This document shows positions 11,390 through 21,028 of a stretch of DNA of 64,000 nt, in pieces (the stretch's first letter is position 1; every line of letters starts with the position of its first letter). Below the pieces are notes generated by a model that saw nothing but the letters and a program-made list of their open reading frames with translations, was not told the origin of the DNA and searched no databases. Position numbers and translations under genes: made by a program. The DNA lies in the NCBI GenBank assembly GCA_965213925.1, contig OZ243927.1, positions 3,328,001 to 3,392,000 on the forward strand, in the 5' to 3' direction. The DNA is from Trueperaceae bacterium (GTDB taxonomy: Bacteria > Deinococcota > Deinococci > Deinococcales > Trueperaceae).

Positions 11390-11686
11390 ACCCTTTCAAC
11401 TCACAAGCGAATATCTATGAGGGTGTGGGCGATCTACCAAGAATATACATACCCTCCTACACGAGTGACATATCTCAGTAATAACGGAAGACGACGCTGT
11501 GCAAGGGAGGGTCTAGCCTCCACCTCTGTCCGACACCCCCGTGTGAGATAATGCACATCTCGAGAAAATCCGGTACTATCAGGGTAGCGGTAAAAAGAGA
11601 GCGGGCATCTTCTGTGATGACGTCGTAGACGGTCTATCTGCCAAGGATATTCAGAGTCAGACGTAACCTGCCTCGAAAGGAGCACT

Positions 11687-12811
11687 ATGGCTTTGAAAGT
11701 TCCCTCCTTAACAGTAGGCATCGAAGAGGAATACCAGATCGTCGACCCCGAGACGCGCGAGCTGAAAAGCTACATCACGCAGTTTTTAGAGGGCGACCAC
11801 AGCGTCTTGCGCGAGCTGGAGATTCAGCCTGAGCTGCACCAGAGCATGGTGGAAATCGGCACGTCGGTCTGTGACAACGTGCAGAGTGCTCGAGACGAAC
11901 TCATCGACTTGCGCTGCAAAGTGAGTGAACTCGCCAGCAGCCGGGGCGCGCGCATCGCGGCGGCGGGCACGCACCCCTTCTCGACCTGGGAGTCGCAGGA
12001 GATCACGCCCTTCGAGCGCTACGAAGGACTCCTAGAGGACATGCAGGTCTTGGCGCGGCAGCTCCTGATCTTCGGGATGCACGTGCATATCGGCATCGAA
12101 GACAAGGGCTTCGCGGTGGACGCGATGAACACGCTGCGCTACTTTACGCCGCACGTCCTGGCGCTCTCGTCCTCGTCGCCCTTCTGGGAAGGTCGCAACA
12201 CCGGGCTCCACAGCTACCGCAGCGCGATCTTCAAGCACTTCCCGCGAACAGGGTTGCCGATCGAATTCAACTCTAGAGCCGAATACGACGACTTCATCAA
12301 CGTCTTGGTGCAGACCAACTGCATCCCAGACGGCTCGAAAATCTACTGGGACTTGCGCCCGCACCACAAGTACTCGACCTTGGAGTTTCGCATCTGCGAC
12401 CTCTGCACGCATGTGGACGACGCGATTTGCTGCGCAGCCATCTTTCAAGCTCTAGTTTTGAAACACTACAAGATGCGCGCGGACAACGTCACCTTCCGCA
12501 AATACCCCTTGCACCTCATCGAGGAGAACAAGTGGCGGGCGGTGCGCTACGGCATTCAGGGCAAACTCGTGGACTTCGGCAAGCGCGAAGAGGTCTCGAC
12601 GAAGGATTTACTCCACGAACTCGTCGAATTTGTGGACGATGTTTTAGATGAACTCGGCACGCGCAAAGAGGTCGAGCACGTCTTTACAATTTTGGAGCGC
12701 GGCTCTTCAGCCGACCGACAGCTCGAGATTTTCGAGGAGACGGGCGATCCGAAAAAGGTCGTGGACTGGCTTATTGAGGAGACGCTCAAGGGGTGTGAGC
12801 TGCCGGATTGA
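11687..12811 (+). CDS. ybdK: Carboxylate-amine ligase (YbdK / glutamate-cysteine ligase 2 family)
   Basis: GIEEEYQ, FGMHVHIG, SSPFW, YWDLRP, EFRICD, ENKWRA motifs. Confidence 0.9.
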   Translation: MALKVPSLTVGIEEEYQIVDPETRELKSYITQFLEGDHSVLRELEIQPELHQSMVEIGTSVCDNVQSARDELIDLRCKVSELASSRGARIAAAGTHPFSTWESQEITPFERYEGLLEDMQVLARQLLIFGMHVHIGIEDKGFAVDAMNTLRYFTPHVLALSSSSPFWEGRNTGLHSYRSAIFKHFPRTGLPIEFNSRAEYDDFINVLVQTNCIPDGSKIYWDLRPHHKYSTLEFRICDLCTHVDDAICCAAIFQALVLKHYKMRADNVTFRKYPLHLIEENKWRAVRYGIQGKLVDFGKREEVSTKDLLHELVEFVDDVLDELGTRKEVEHVFTILERGSSADRQLEIFEETGDPKKVVDWLIEETLKGCELPD

Positions 12812-12953
12812 GGAATGATTCAGAGGTTGAAAGACTATAAGAGGGGAAAAGTAGGAAAACAACCTCTTATTATCTCTTCGCTCTTCTTCATCCCGGTTTC
12901 TTCCGTAAGACACGCCACTCGTTTCTCCTTCGATTTGAGCGAAGCTAGACAGT

Positions 12954-13802
12954 GTGGATGAATTCAACTGGCTCGCCACCCAAGTGAACGGGCGCTCCGT
13001 CAGCTACGTGCGCGTGGGGCAGGGACAACCTCTTGTACTTTTGCACGGATTCACGCTCGGGCATAGCACGCTGACCTATGGTCCCAGCATCGAACCTCTC
13101 TCTAAACATTTCGAGGTGATCGCGCCGGACTTGCCGGGGTACGGCTCGAGTGACCCCCTCCCTGAGCCCTATGGCACGGAGAGTTACATCGACTTTTTGG
13201 AGGGCTTTTTAGACGCTCTTGGCTTAGAAGAAACCTATCTGGTCGGTTTTTCTAAGGGTGGCGGTATCGCGCTCGGCTTCGCCTTGCAGCATCCCGAGCG
13301 CGTCTCTAAACTCGTCCTGGTCAGCTCGTACGCGCTTAGCGGCGCGGTGCAGATACCCTTTCTCCCTTACCTTGCGTTACGTACGCCTGGTCTCGCTAAA
13401 ATCGTCTGGCGCAGCTTGCGCAGTGTCCGAGGGCTCTTACCTCTTTACCTGAAAAATCTCGTCTTCGGAAACGCGGATAATGTGACGGATGAAATCATCG
13501 CGGAGATACGCGAACCGCTCAGCGAAGCAGGCAGCGAACGCGCCTTTATGACCTGGCTGCGCGGCGAGATGGGACCCCTACGCCTCAAGACGAGCTACGC
13601 TGATAGGCTCACCGAGCTGCGCGTGCCGACGCTTCTACTGCACGGCACCAAAGACCTCGTCGTCCCGGCGAGACGCGCGAAACATGCCGCCAACCTCATC
13701 CCGAATGTGGACTTAGAGCTTTTGCGCGGCTGCGGACATTGGGTGCCGCGCGAGATGCCGGAGAGGTTCGTGAAGATGCTCCGCGCCTTTCTAGCGCGCT
13801 AA
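12954..13802 (+). CDS. Alpha/beta fold hydrolase
   Basis: LLHG, PDLPGYGSS, GFSKGG nucleophile elbow, HGTKD, GCGH. Confidence 0.88.
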   Translation: MDEFNWLATQVNGRSVSYVRVGQGQPLVLLHGFTLGHSTLTYGPSIEPLSKHFEVIAPDLPGYGSSDPLPEPYGTESYIDFLEGFLDALGLEETYLVGFSKGGGIALGFALQHPERVSKLVLVSSYALSGAVQIPFLPYLALRTPGLAKIVWRSLRSVRGLLPLYLKNLVFGNADNVTDEIIAEIREPLSEAGSERAFMTWLRGEMGPLRLKTSYADRLTELRVPTLLLHGTKDLVVPARRAKHAANLIPNVDLELLRGCGHWVPREMPERFVKMLRAFLAR

Positions 13803-13927
13803 TTCCGCTCGAGCTGATGCGCGCGCCCTTACAATTTCATACACTAGGGTTATGCGCCGTCAACATCCGAGACAAACTCCGTCAGGTTCCATCTCTCGAT
13901 GTACATGCTAAACTACGCATCACTTAC

Positions 13928-14142
13928 TGCATCGTCAACTAAGTTCTGTTGCATGAACCTCTTACTTGTCACCTCGAGCCCTACGGTGAACGTAGGATAG
14001 ACTCCGCGAGGGGTCTCGTTTGGCAATAGCCAAAACTTTGTAACTTTCAATCTCAGTCAGAGGAGTCAGCAAGGTCAGAGATTCTTCACACCACTAGCGT
14101 TGCGTTCAGAATGACACGACTTATTTTTTACTTAACGCTGTA
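13928..14142. mobile_element. Non-autonomous MITE-like element, copy 2 (more degenerate)
   Basis: Ends TGCATCGTCAACTAA / TTACTTAACGCTGTA; flanks CTTAC/CCTAC; shares AGAGGAGTCAGCAAGGTCAGAGATTCTT and CAGAATGACA with copy 1. Confidence 0.65.
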
Positions 14143-14362
14143 CCTACAGAGAGCGTTTCAAACTAGATGGCTATAGCATTTTCAAAACATATTGAGACGA
14201 ATAGACGCAGATTTCAGCTCGCAGAGCTAATGGAACCTCATCTCATAACGTGCGTGCTAAACATGCTTGTTACAGTGAGAGTGTTTCAAACCAGATGAAG
14301 TCGCGTGGTCCCGCTGTCACGCGTGGCGCGTTCCCGCTAGCCGCTAGACCTGCTACTACTCC

Positions 14363-14809
14363 ATGATCTGGCAGTATCAAACCCTCATCAGCACCCAACT
14401 CTTCGGCTGGAGCGCGCTGAGCGTCTTCGGCGGTTTGGGGATGCTGCTGCTGCTTGACGACCCGTTCTGGAGAGGTATAGGCTTGCAGGGCGTCGTTTGG
14501 GGCGTCATCGACGCGGGCATCGCCTTTTTCGGTCAACTCGGGATGCGCCGCAAGCTCGCCCGCACCGTCGAGCCGGACGCTTTTCGCGTGCAGCTTGAGG
14601 AGGCGCGGCGGCTGCGGCGCTTGCTCTACATCAACGCGGGGCTGGACGTGCTCTATATCGCGGCGGGCGTCGGGCTCGTGATGACGCTCGGCGTGGACGA
14701 CGCCTTCGTGAGAGGGAACGGCGTCGGCGTCGTTATTCAAGGAGCATTTTTGCTCCTCTTTGACCTCGCTCACGGCTGGCGGACGAGTGGGGTTATCGCG
14801 GAGCTTTAG
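14363..14809 (+). CDS. Small multi-pass membrane protein, conserved hypothetical
   Basis: Four hydrophobic segments; WGVIDA, INAGLDVLYI, QGAFLLLFD. Confidence 0.7.
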   Translation: MIWQYQTLISTQLFGWSALSVFGGLGMLLLLDDPFWRGIGLQGVVWGVIDAGIAFFGQLGMRRKLARTVEPDAFRVQLEEARRLRRLLYINAGLDVLYIAAGVGLVMTLGVDDAFVRGNGVGVVIQGAFLLLFDLAHGWRTSGVIAEL

Positions 14810-14829
14810 ATGGAGCGTGGCTAGCTCGA

Positions 14830-15492
14830 CTAACCCATTAAACAGTGTAGGAGGTTCACGACCTCTTTTGCGCCCACCTTCTCTTCCGCCAATATTCGAA
14901 GTCGTCCTGTTTGGTAGAGCCTCTCCCCTACCCGGGTAGCATTAGGAAGCTTACGGCGGTAGACCTCGAGAAACTGCGGGTTGACTTTGGGCGTGTTTCT
15001 GCGTAAGTGCGACTCGATCTGCAGCGCGATCAGCGCGCGCTCGAGTTCCACCGACTGAGGCGGAACACCCCTCATATTCTTCCCTTTCAGATACGGCACC
15101 TGCTCCGTCATCGCGCTGCAACCCGCCCAGGGGTCACGCGAGGCGAAGTGAAAGGTCCGCACGCCTGCCATGCGAATCGCGCCCATGCACAGCGGGCACG
15201 GCTCGGTGGAGGTGTAGAGAACGCTGGTATACGGGTTGTGCTGCGCGTAGTCAAAACTCACGAGCGCGTTCATCTCGGCGTGAGCGAGGCGGTGTCCGGC
15301 TAAGTGGGGTGGTGAGGCAGGTTCGTGAATGCGGTTGCGTCCGCTCGAGACGACTTGCCCCTCCTCATTCACGATAACCGAGGCGATAGGCAACGAGCCC
15401 GCGCAGTACGCCTCCCACGCGAGTTCGGCGCAAACGCGCCAGGGCTCGGGGAGCGACGCCCACAAATTCACACTTGAACCCGCAGCGTTCAT
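14830..15492 (-). CDS. Zn-dependent nucleoside/nucleobase deaminase (cytidine deaminase-like, TadA/GuaD superfamily)
   Basis: HAE and PCPLC zinc-binding motifs; start overlaps the stop of the upstream GGDEF-RHH gene (ATGA). Confidence 0.88.
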   Translation of the reverse strand: MNAAGSSVNLWASLPEPWRVCAELAWEAYCAGSLPIASVIVNEEGQVVSSGRNRIHEPASPPHLAGHRLAHAEMNALVSFDYAQHNPYTSVLYTSTEPCPLCMGAIRMAGVRTFHFASRDPWAGCSAMTEQVPYLKGKNMRGVPPQSVELERALIALQIESHLRRNTPKVNPQFLEVYRRKLPNATRVGERLYQTGRLRILAEEKVGAKEVVNLLHCLMG

Positions 15493-16094
15493 AAAGCTTC
15501 CCCACGTTTGACAAAGAGGTCATCTAACGCTTCACGCAGCAAGCTCGCCTCGGTGCGGTTCAAGGCGTCCGAGAGCTTGGAGAGCCGCTCTAAACTCGCT
15601 TTGGAGTAGTAGTTGCTCTTTAGCGTCATCTTTGATTCGACGTAGATGGCGACGCGCCCGCGTCCTTCTGTCTTGGCACGATATAGGGCTTCGTCGGCGG
15701 CTCGCAAGAGGTCAGGGATACTCTTAGCGTGCGGCGGGCGGCTGGCGATGCCTACCGAGAGGTGGACTTTGCGCGGAATCTGAGGGCTGGGCGTGCGGCT
15801 CGAGAAATGCGTGCGGACCTCCTCGAGCAAAATCAGCGCGTTCTCAGCGGGCAAACCTGGCAACGCCACGGCGTACTCGTCGCCACCTAAGCGTGCAAGG
15901 AGAGCGTCAGCGGGCAAGCTGCCCTGCAACACCCCCTCCAGATGACGCAGCACCGCGTCGCCCGTTTCACGTCCGTAATCCTCGTTGATCTGCATGAAGT
16001 GGTCGAGGTCCGTCATCGCGAGACTTACCAGCATATCTTCGGGAAGTTCGTTAATCGCAGCTTCGAAGTCGGGGCGGGTGTGTAGCTCGAGCAT
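15489..16094 (-). CDS. GGDEF-domain protein fused to a C-terminal ribbon-helix-helix domain
   Basis: DLDHF, GDAVL, RLGGDEY, ADEALYRAK motifs; C-terminal KSNYY...LERLSKLS...TEASLLREALDDL strand-helix-helix pattern; GGAGG RBS. Confidence 0.8.
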   Translation of the reverse strand: MLELHTRPDFEAAINELPEDMLVSLAMTDLDHFMQINEDYGRETGDAVLRHLEGVLQGSLPADALLARLGGDEYAVALPGLPAENALILLEEVRTHFSSRTPSPQIPRKVHLSVGIASRPPHAKSIPDLLRAADEALYRAKTEGRGRVAIYVESKMTLKSNYYSKASLERLSKLSDALNRTEASLLREALDDLFVKRGEAL

Positions 16095-16265
16095 TATCAT
16101 ACCTCCTACAGCTTTATATTGATATATATACGTTGTAAGCAATATACGAAGAGGTGAAAAAGGTCACACTCGAGGTGGGTGAACCTTCGAGGTACATCTC
16201 CTGAATTCAACCGAAAAGCGCCCTGGCGCGTTGTTTGAATAGGTATTTGAGTACATAGTAGGACT

Positions 16266-17753
16266 ATGGAAGGAAAAATTCTCGTTACGGGGGCAACAGG
16301 TTATATCGGTGGGCGGCTCGTCCCGCGCCTTTTAGAAGACGGGCGCGACGTGCGCTGCTTAGTGCGCGACGCGGAGCGTTTCAAGGTGCGCTCGTACCAT
16401 ACCGAGGTCGAGGTCGTCGAGGGCGACGTACTAGAGCCGGAGAGCTTGGAGGGTAAATTCGACGGCGTTCACACCGCCTACTACCTCATCCACTCGATGG
16501 GCGCGTCCGAGCGCGGCTTCGAAAACCGCGACCGCACGGCGGCGGAGAACTTCGCGCAGGCGGCGAAGAAGGCGGGCGTGGAGCACATCATCTACCTGGG
16601 CGGTCTCGGCTCGGACGACAAGGGGATGTCGAAACACCTTCACTCGCGCCAAGAGACCGGACGCGGTTTAGCCGCGGCGGGCGTCCCCGTCACCGAGTTC
16701 CGCGCCGCTATCATCGTCGGCTCGGGCAGCATCTCCTTCGAGATGATTCGCTACCTGACGGAGCGTCTTCCTATCATGGTGACGCCCAAGTGGGTGGATA
16801 CGAAAGTGCAGCCCATTGCCATCCGCGACGTGCTCTCCTATCTGCAGAGCGCGCCCGAACATCAGGCTGAAGGTCATCAGATCGTCGAGATCGGCGGGCC
16901 GGAGGTTTTGACGTACAAAGACATGCTCTTTAGTTACGCCGAGGTGCGCGGTCTCAAGCGCACGATGTTCTCGACGCCGGTGCTGAGCCCCAAGCTCTCG
17001 TCATACTGGATCAACGTCGTCACGCCGATTCCCGCCTCGATTGCCAGACCTCTCGTCGAAGGGCTCACAAGTGAAGTTATCGTCGATAACCCCGAGCCCG
17101 CCAAAGCGTACAAAGTCCGCCCCATCTCGTATGAAACCGCTGTTAAGCTCGCGCTCAACCGCGCCAGCCAAGGTGCCGTCGAGACGCTCTGGAGCGGCTC
17201 GCTCTCCTCGGTGCCGCGCGGCACGCCGAGCCAAGAGAAGCTCAGGGACGCCGAGGGGATGCTCTCGGACAGGCGCTCGAGGCACTTCGACGTGCGTAAA
17301 GAGAACGCCTTCGAAGCCATCGTCAGTATCGGCGGCGAAGAGGGCTGGTACACCTTCGACTGGCTCTGGCAGATTCGCGGCGTGTTGGACAGGCTCTGGG
17401 GCGGCGTGGGGATGCGGCGCGGCAGGCGCGACCCGCACAACCTCATGCCCGGCGACGCTTTAGACTTTTGGCGCGTCGAGAGCGTCGAGGACAACGACCA
17501 CTTGCAGCTCCGCGCCGAGATGAAGGTGCCGGGGCGGGCGTGGCTGCGCTTCGACGTGCGCGAGGACGACGACGGCAAGACCGAGATTCAGCAGACCGCC
17601 TACTTCGAGCCGAAAGGACTCTTCGGATTTCTCTACTGGTACGCTATGTACCCGGCGCACCTCTTTATCTTCCCCTCGATGATCAACGCGATCGGTGAAC
17701 GCGCCAAGGAGTTCGAGAAGGGAACCTCTAGCGCGTCGCCTGAGCCTGCTTGA
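16266..17753 (+). CDS. NAD(P)-binding atypical SDR with C-terminal DUF2867 (YbjT-like)
   Basis: GATGYIG Rossmann motif, YYLIHSM, GDALDFWRV, AEMKVPGRAWL, PKGLFG. Confidence 0.88.
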   Translation: MEGKILVTGATGYIGGRLVPRLLEDGRDVRCLVRDAERFKVRSYHTEVEVVEGDVLEPESLEGKFDGVHTAYYLIHSMGASERGFENRDRTAAENFAQAAKKAGVEHIIYLGGLGSDDKGMSKHLHSRQETGRGLAAAGVPVTEFRAAIIVGSGSISFEMIRYLTERLPIMVTPKWVDTKVQPIAIRDVLSYLQSAPEHQAEGHQIVEIGGPEVLTYKDMLFSYAEVRGLKRTMFSTPVLSPKLSSYWINVVTPIPASIARPLVEGLTSEVIVDNPEPAKAYKVRPISYETAVKLALNRASQGAVETLWSGSLSSVPRGTPSQEKLRDAEGMLSDRRSRHFDVRKENAFEAIVSIGGEEGWYTFDWLWQIRGVLDRLWGGVGMRRGRRDPHNLMPGDALDFWRVESVEDNDHLQLRAEMKVPGRAWLRFDVREDDDGKTEIQQTAYFEPKGLFGFLYWYAMYPAHLFIFPSMINAIGERAKEFEKGTSSASPEPA

Positions 17754-17764
17754 GTTGGCAGGGT

Positions 17765-18709
17765 CTAACTGATTCGGTCTCGCTCCCTCGACGCTAGCGC
17801 TTTAAGCGCGTCCTTAGCAGGAGCGTCGGGGAATACCTCTAAAGCTTCCGTCGCCCGCGTCGTCTCCTGCACGATGCGGGCTCTCGCTTCTGCGTCCGCG
17901 CCACGCTGAATGATGAGGTCTCGCACCCTCGCTATGTCCCCCTCGCCGCTCGCGTGACGCCTCAGCACGCTGCGCACCTCGCTGACCTCATCGACGAGCG
18001 TCAACACCGCGTACGTCGCCTTGCCCTCGCGCAAGTCGCCGCCGACGGGTTTGCCGAGCGTCACGGCGTCGCCCAAGAGGTCCAGGTAGTCGTCGCGCAT
18101 CTGGAAGGCGTAGCCGTAGGAGAGCCCGAACTGTTTAAGTGCACGTTGTTCTGCCTCGCTCGCGCCGCTCAGCATCGCCACGCCTTCTAGCGCCGCCGCG
18201 AAGAGCACCGCCGTTTTTCCTTCAATGATGGCGAAGTAGTTTTCTAAGGAGTACGTCTCGAGCGTCGCCATTTGAAACTGCAACACCTCCGCCTCGCAGA
18301 TGCGCGCGGCGGTCTCCGACATGAGCGCGGTGAATTCGGAGCTTTGTGAGCGCGCTAAAAGACCTAAAACTCGGGCTAGCATAAAGTCGCCCGACATCAC
18401 GCTCACCACGTTGCCGTAGCGCCGGAACGCCGCTTCGTGACCGCGCCGCGTGTCGGCGTCGTCGATGAGGTCATCGTGTAAGAGTGAGGCGGAGTGCAGC
18501 AACTCGGTAGCGAGCGCGACGCGCATGGTGGCGTCTGGGTCGGCGTGGAGCAGCTTGCCTGCCAAAAACGCGAGGCTCGGTCTGAGGCGCTTACCGCCCG
18601 CGCTCACCAAGTCTTCGCCGATGGCTTCGATGAACGCCACCGAGGAGCGCAGTTCGGCGGCGAGCTGCGTTTCGAAGCGGTCTAAGTCGTCTTGGATGAG
18701 GTCGAACAC
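17765..18709 (-). CDS. Long-chain polyprenyl diphosphate synthase
   Basis: GGKRLRP, LLHDDLIDDADTRRG, KTA, FQMRDDYLD, GKPVGGDLREGK. Confidence 0.93.
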   Translation of the reverse strand: MFDLIQDDLDRFETQLAAELRSSVAFIEAIGEDLVSAGGKRLRPSLAFLAGKLLHADPDATMRVALATELLHSASLLHDDLIDDADTRRGHEAAFRRYGNVVSVMSGDFMLARVLGLLARSQSSEFTALMSETAARICEAEVLQFQMATLETYSLENYFAIIEGKTAVLFAAALEGVAMLSGASEAEQRALKQFGLSYGYAFQMRDDYLDLLGDAVTLGKPVGGDLREGKATYAVLTLVDEVSEVRSVLRRHASGEGDIARVRDLIIQRGADAEARARIVQETTRATEALEVFPDAPAKDALKALASRERDRIS

Positions 18710-18757
18710 AATAAGGCTTAGTATACGGGTTTAGGGCGGCACGTTTGGGAATGACGC

Positions 18758-18792
18758 AAAGGGAATCCCCTCGAGAGGCTCGAGGGGATTCC
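18758..18792 (-). terminator. Intrinsic terminator after the Ig-like lipoprotein gene
   Basis: GGAATCCCCTCGAG-AGG-CTCGAGGGGATTCC stem with A-runs on both sides. Confidence 0.7.
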
Positions 18793-18813
18793 AAACTGCG
18801 CCAACTTTAATTT

Positions 18814-20679
18814 TTATTCTTCGTCGCTTTTAGCGCTGATCACGATTGAGTTGGTGAGGTATACATCGCCTTCTTCTGTCGTTATCTGCGTGACGAAGGT
18901 GTAGCTTCCTTCCTCATCCAAGCCTGTGCCGTAAGCGCTACTCTCGGTTCCTACAATCAGCGGTCTGAAGAAAAATCCTTCGTCGCTTGGCGTTCTGACG
19001 AGGTGGTCGAAGGTTGCACCGGCTGGCGCACCGGAGACTTCGAAGGACACACCTGTATTGACAGGCACGGTACTCATAATGTCACCGTATCCCGTGATAT
19101 TGCCGTCTTCGTCGCGAATGGGTTCACGGGGACCCGTTTGCGCCATGAAGTATGAGGCGTCTTGCCCTCTTGTCCGGTCAAGGTTGACTTTGAGGTCTTG
19201 GAAAGAGCGGTTGCCCTCGCCATCTTGCGAGATGACTCTAGCGGTGTATTCTGCGTTGCCCAAGTAGGGGTTCGCGTTGTAGTTGAGGGGTAACGAGACC
19301 TTCTCGGCAACTCTGTCGTCAGAGTAGTAGACGAAGCGTGATGGCGTTGCGTCTTGCTCTGGATCGCCTTCGTACATTCTCACTTCGATAAAGTCCAAAC
19401 CGCCGTTATCGGTCACTTGCACCGATATGTAAGCGTTCGTAGGGTCTTTGATCGTCTTGACGGCACCGAGGTCTTCATCGGTGGGCGAAAGAATCAGCAC
19501 AGAGGGTGCGACGCGGCTCCGGTTGTTAGTGTCGATGATGATGCTGCGCACAAGCCTGACAGCAATATCATCTTCCGTATAGAGAGCGGGCAAGCTTACG
19601 CTGAGCGTATAGGTATCGTTCGCATACTGAATTGTATCAACCGCATCTCTGACAATGTAGCTACCACTTTCGGTAGAGTCTACGTCAACGCTTGCGGACT
19701 CGTCGTTGATATAGAACTCTTCAACGACGCTTCCGGTGAAGTCGATAAGCTCGACGTGGAATCCCTCTTCGCCGTCTACCGAACCGTTTTGATTTAAGTC
19801 GAGGGTATAGCCGCTGTCCGAGAGCTGGCTCACCGAGACGCCAACGTTTAGGAGACCGGCAACGTCACTCTCGCCCGAAGGCGCAGTGATTGCAAGCACG
19901 GGCGGAGGCGCAGGATTGAAAACCGTCAGAGAAACATCGTTCGAGGTGCCGACACCGTTGTCTTCTGTAGTAGCCTTAGCCGAAAGCGTGAGCACATCGT
20001 TGTTTGGATAAATGGTCGTGTCGATGTCGAAGCGAGCCGGGAAGTCTGTCAGTCGCTTCGTCGAGGTCCCTGAGACTTCGCTATCAATCGTTAGGATGAC
20101 CTCTTTGAGGTCGTTTCCGACAGGTGCGGCGGCGCGAACCAAAACGTTGATGGTGCCGGCGAAGCAGCCGGTATCCGTATTGTCCTTACAACCGGAGGGC
20201 TTGGGCGTAAGAGCACTTGGCTCAATAAACGTAGGGTCGATGCTTACCACCGGGCTCGCTCCGGGTACAGCCGTGTTTGGATTAGAAGAAACGGGTCCAG
20301 CCACTGTGAGCGTGACCTCTTTCATCTCGCTCGTGCGGCCAAAGCCATTCGTCGCTTTGGCTCGAAGCTTGAGCGAGGCTCCGCTAGTAGCACCCATAGA
20401 ATCTAAGGAGTATTCGAGCGTTTCCGAGCCGCGGCTCACTTCATCTTCTGGGACCGTCTTGGTCGCAAGGCTTTCACCGTTGCCGTTAAAGAGTTCGATA
20501 GACTTGATGCCGCTTTGACTGTCGCTCGCAGTTACCTTGACTGTGGTAGAGCTTTGAACGCTCCCCGTATCAGGCGAAATCGATACGCTCGGCTTCGACG
20601 TATCTATGAGATAGTTACAACCCGCCAGCAACGCCACGAGCATCGCCGCAAGCAGTAACTCAACCTTAAACCTCTTCAT
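18814..20679 (-). CDS. Large lipoprotein with tandem Ig-like (Big) beta domains
   Basis: MKRFK...LLAGC lipobox, AGGAGG RBS, repeated P-x-V-x-I-x-x-P domain starts, acidic and beta-rich. Confidence 0.75.
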   Translation of the reverse strand: MKRFKVELLLAAMLVALLAGCNYLIDTSKPSVSISPDTGSVQSSTTVKVTASDSQSGIKSIELFNGNGESLATKTVPEDEVSRGSETLEYSLDSMGATSGASLKLRAKATNGFGRTSEMKEVTLTVAGPVSSNPNTAVPGASPVVSIDPTFIEPSALTPKPSGCKDNTDTGCFAGTINVLVRAAAPVGNDLKEVILTIDSEVSGTSTKRLTDFPARFDIDTTIYPNNDVLTLSAKATTEDNGVGTSNDVSLTVFNPAPPPVLAITAPSGESDVAGLLNVGVSVSQLSDSGYTLDLNQNGSVDGEEGFHVELIDFTGSVVEEFYINDESASVDVDSTESGSYIVRDAVDTIQYANDTYTLSVSLPALYTEDDIAVRLVRSIIIDTNNRSRVAPSVLILSPTDEDLGAVKTIKDPTNAYISVQVTDNGGLDFIEVRMYEGDPEQDATPSRFVYYSDDRVAEKVSLPLNYNANPYLGNAEYTARVISQDGEGNRSFQDLKVNLDRTRGQDASYFMAQTGPREPIRDEDGNITGYGDIMSTVPVNTGVSFEVSGAPAGATFDHLVRTPSDEGFFFRPLIVGTESSAYGTGLDEEGSYTFVTQITTEEGDVYLTNSIVISAKSDEE

Positions 20680-21028
20680 GCATTCCTCCTTAGGATAGAC
20701 CTTCAAAACAGGTTTCAGGATAGGCAAAAAGCCGCTGCCGACCTGCAAAAAAGCCCACAGGCGCAGTGAGGGATTTTTGACGTTTAAGCCCGAAACGCTT
20801 TTCGCCAGCTCATCTGTCATAAGGTTTGTCATAAGGAACGAGTACGACGAAGCGCACTCGAGACGCGCAACGACCAACCTGATACGAAATTTGCTGCGCT
20901 AAACGAGTTAGCTGAAGCGTTTCTAAAGTAACGCCAAGGCGCGTTAGGGTTCAGTCTCAGGGTTCAATTACGGCCTGCTTGTGACTCATCGACCCGTCGT
21001 TTCACCCTTTTTGCGTTAAGGTAGCGCT

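Noticed and set aside
14145..14300. Pair of GAG(C/T)GTTTCAAAC(T/C)AGATG direct repeats
   Set aside because: Only two short imperfect copies; may be IS-end scars, but no element can be delimited
14830..15492. tRNA adenosine deaminase tadA
   Set aside because: Shares HAE/PCxxC but has a long extra C-terminus and lacks the typical TadA EVPVGA and post-motif residues, so no symbol was assigned
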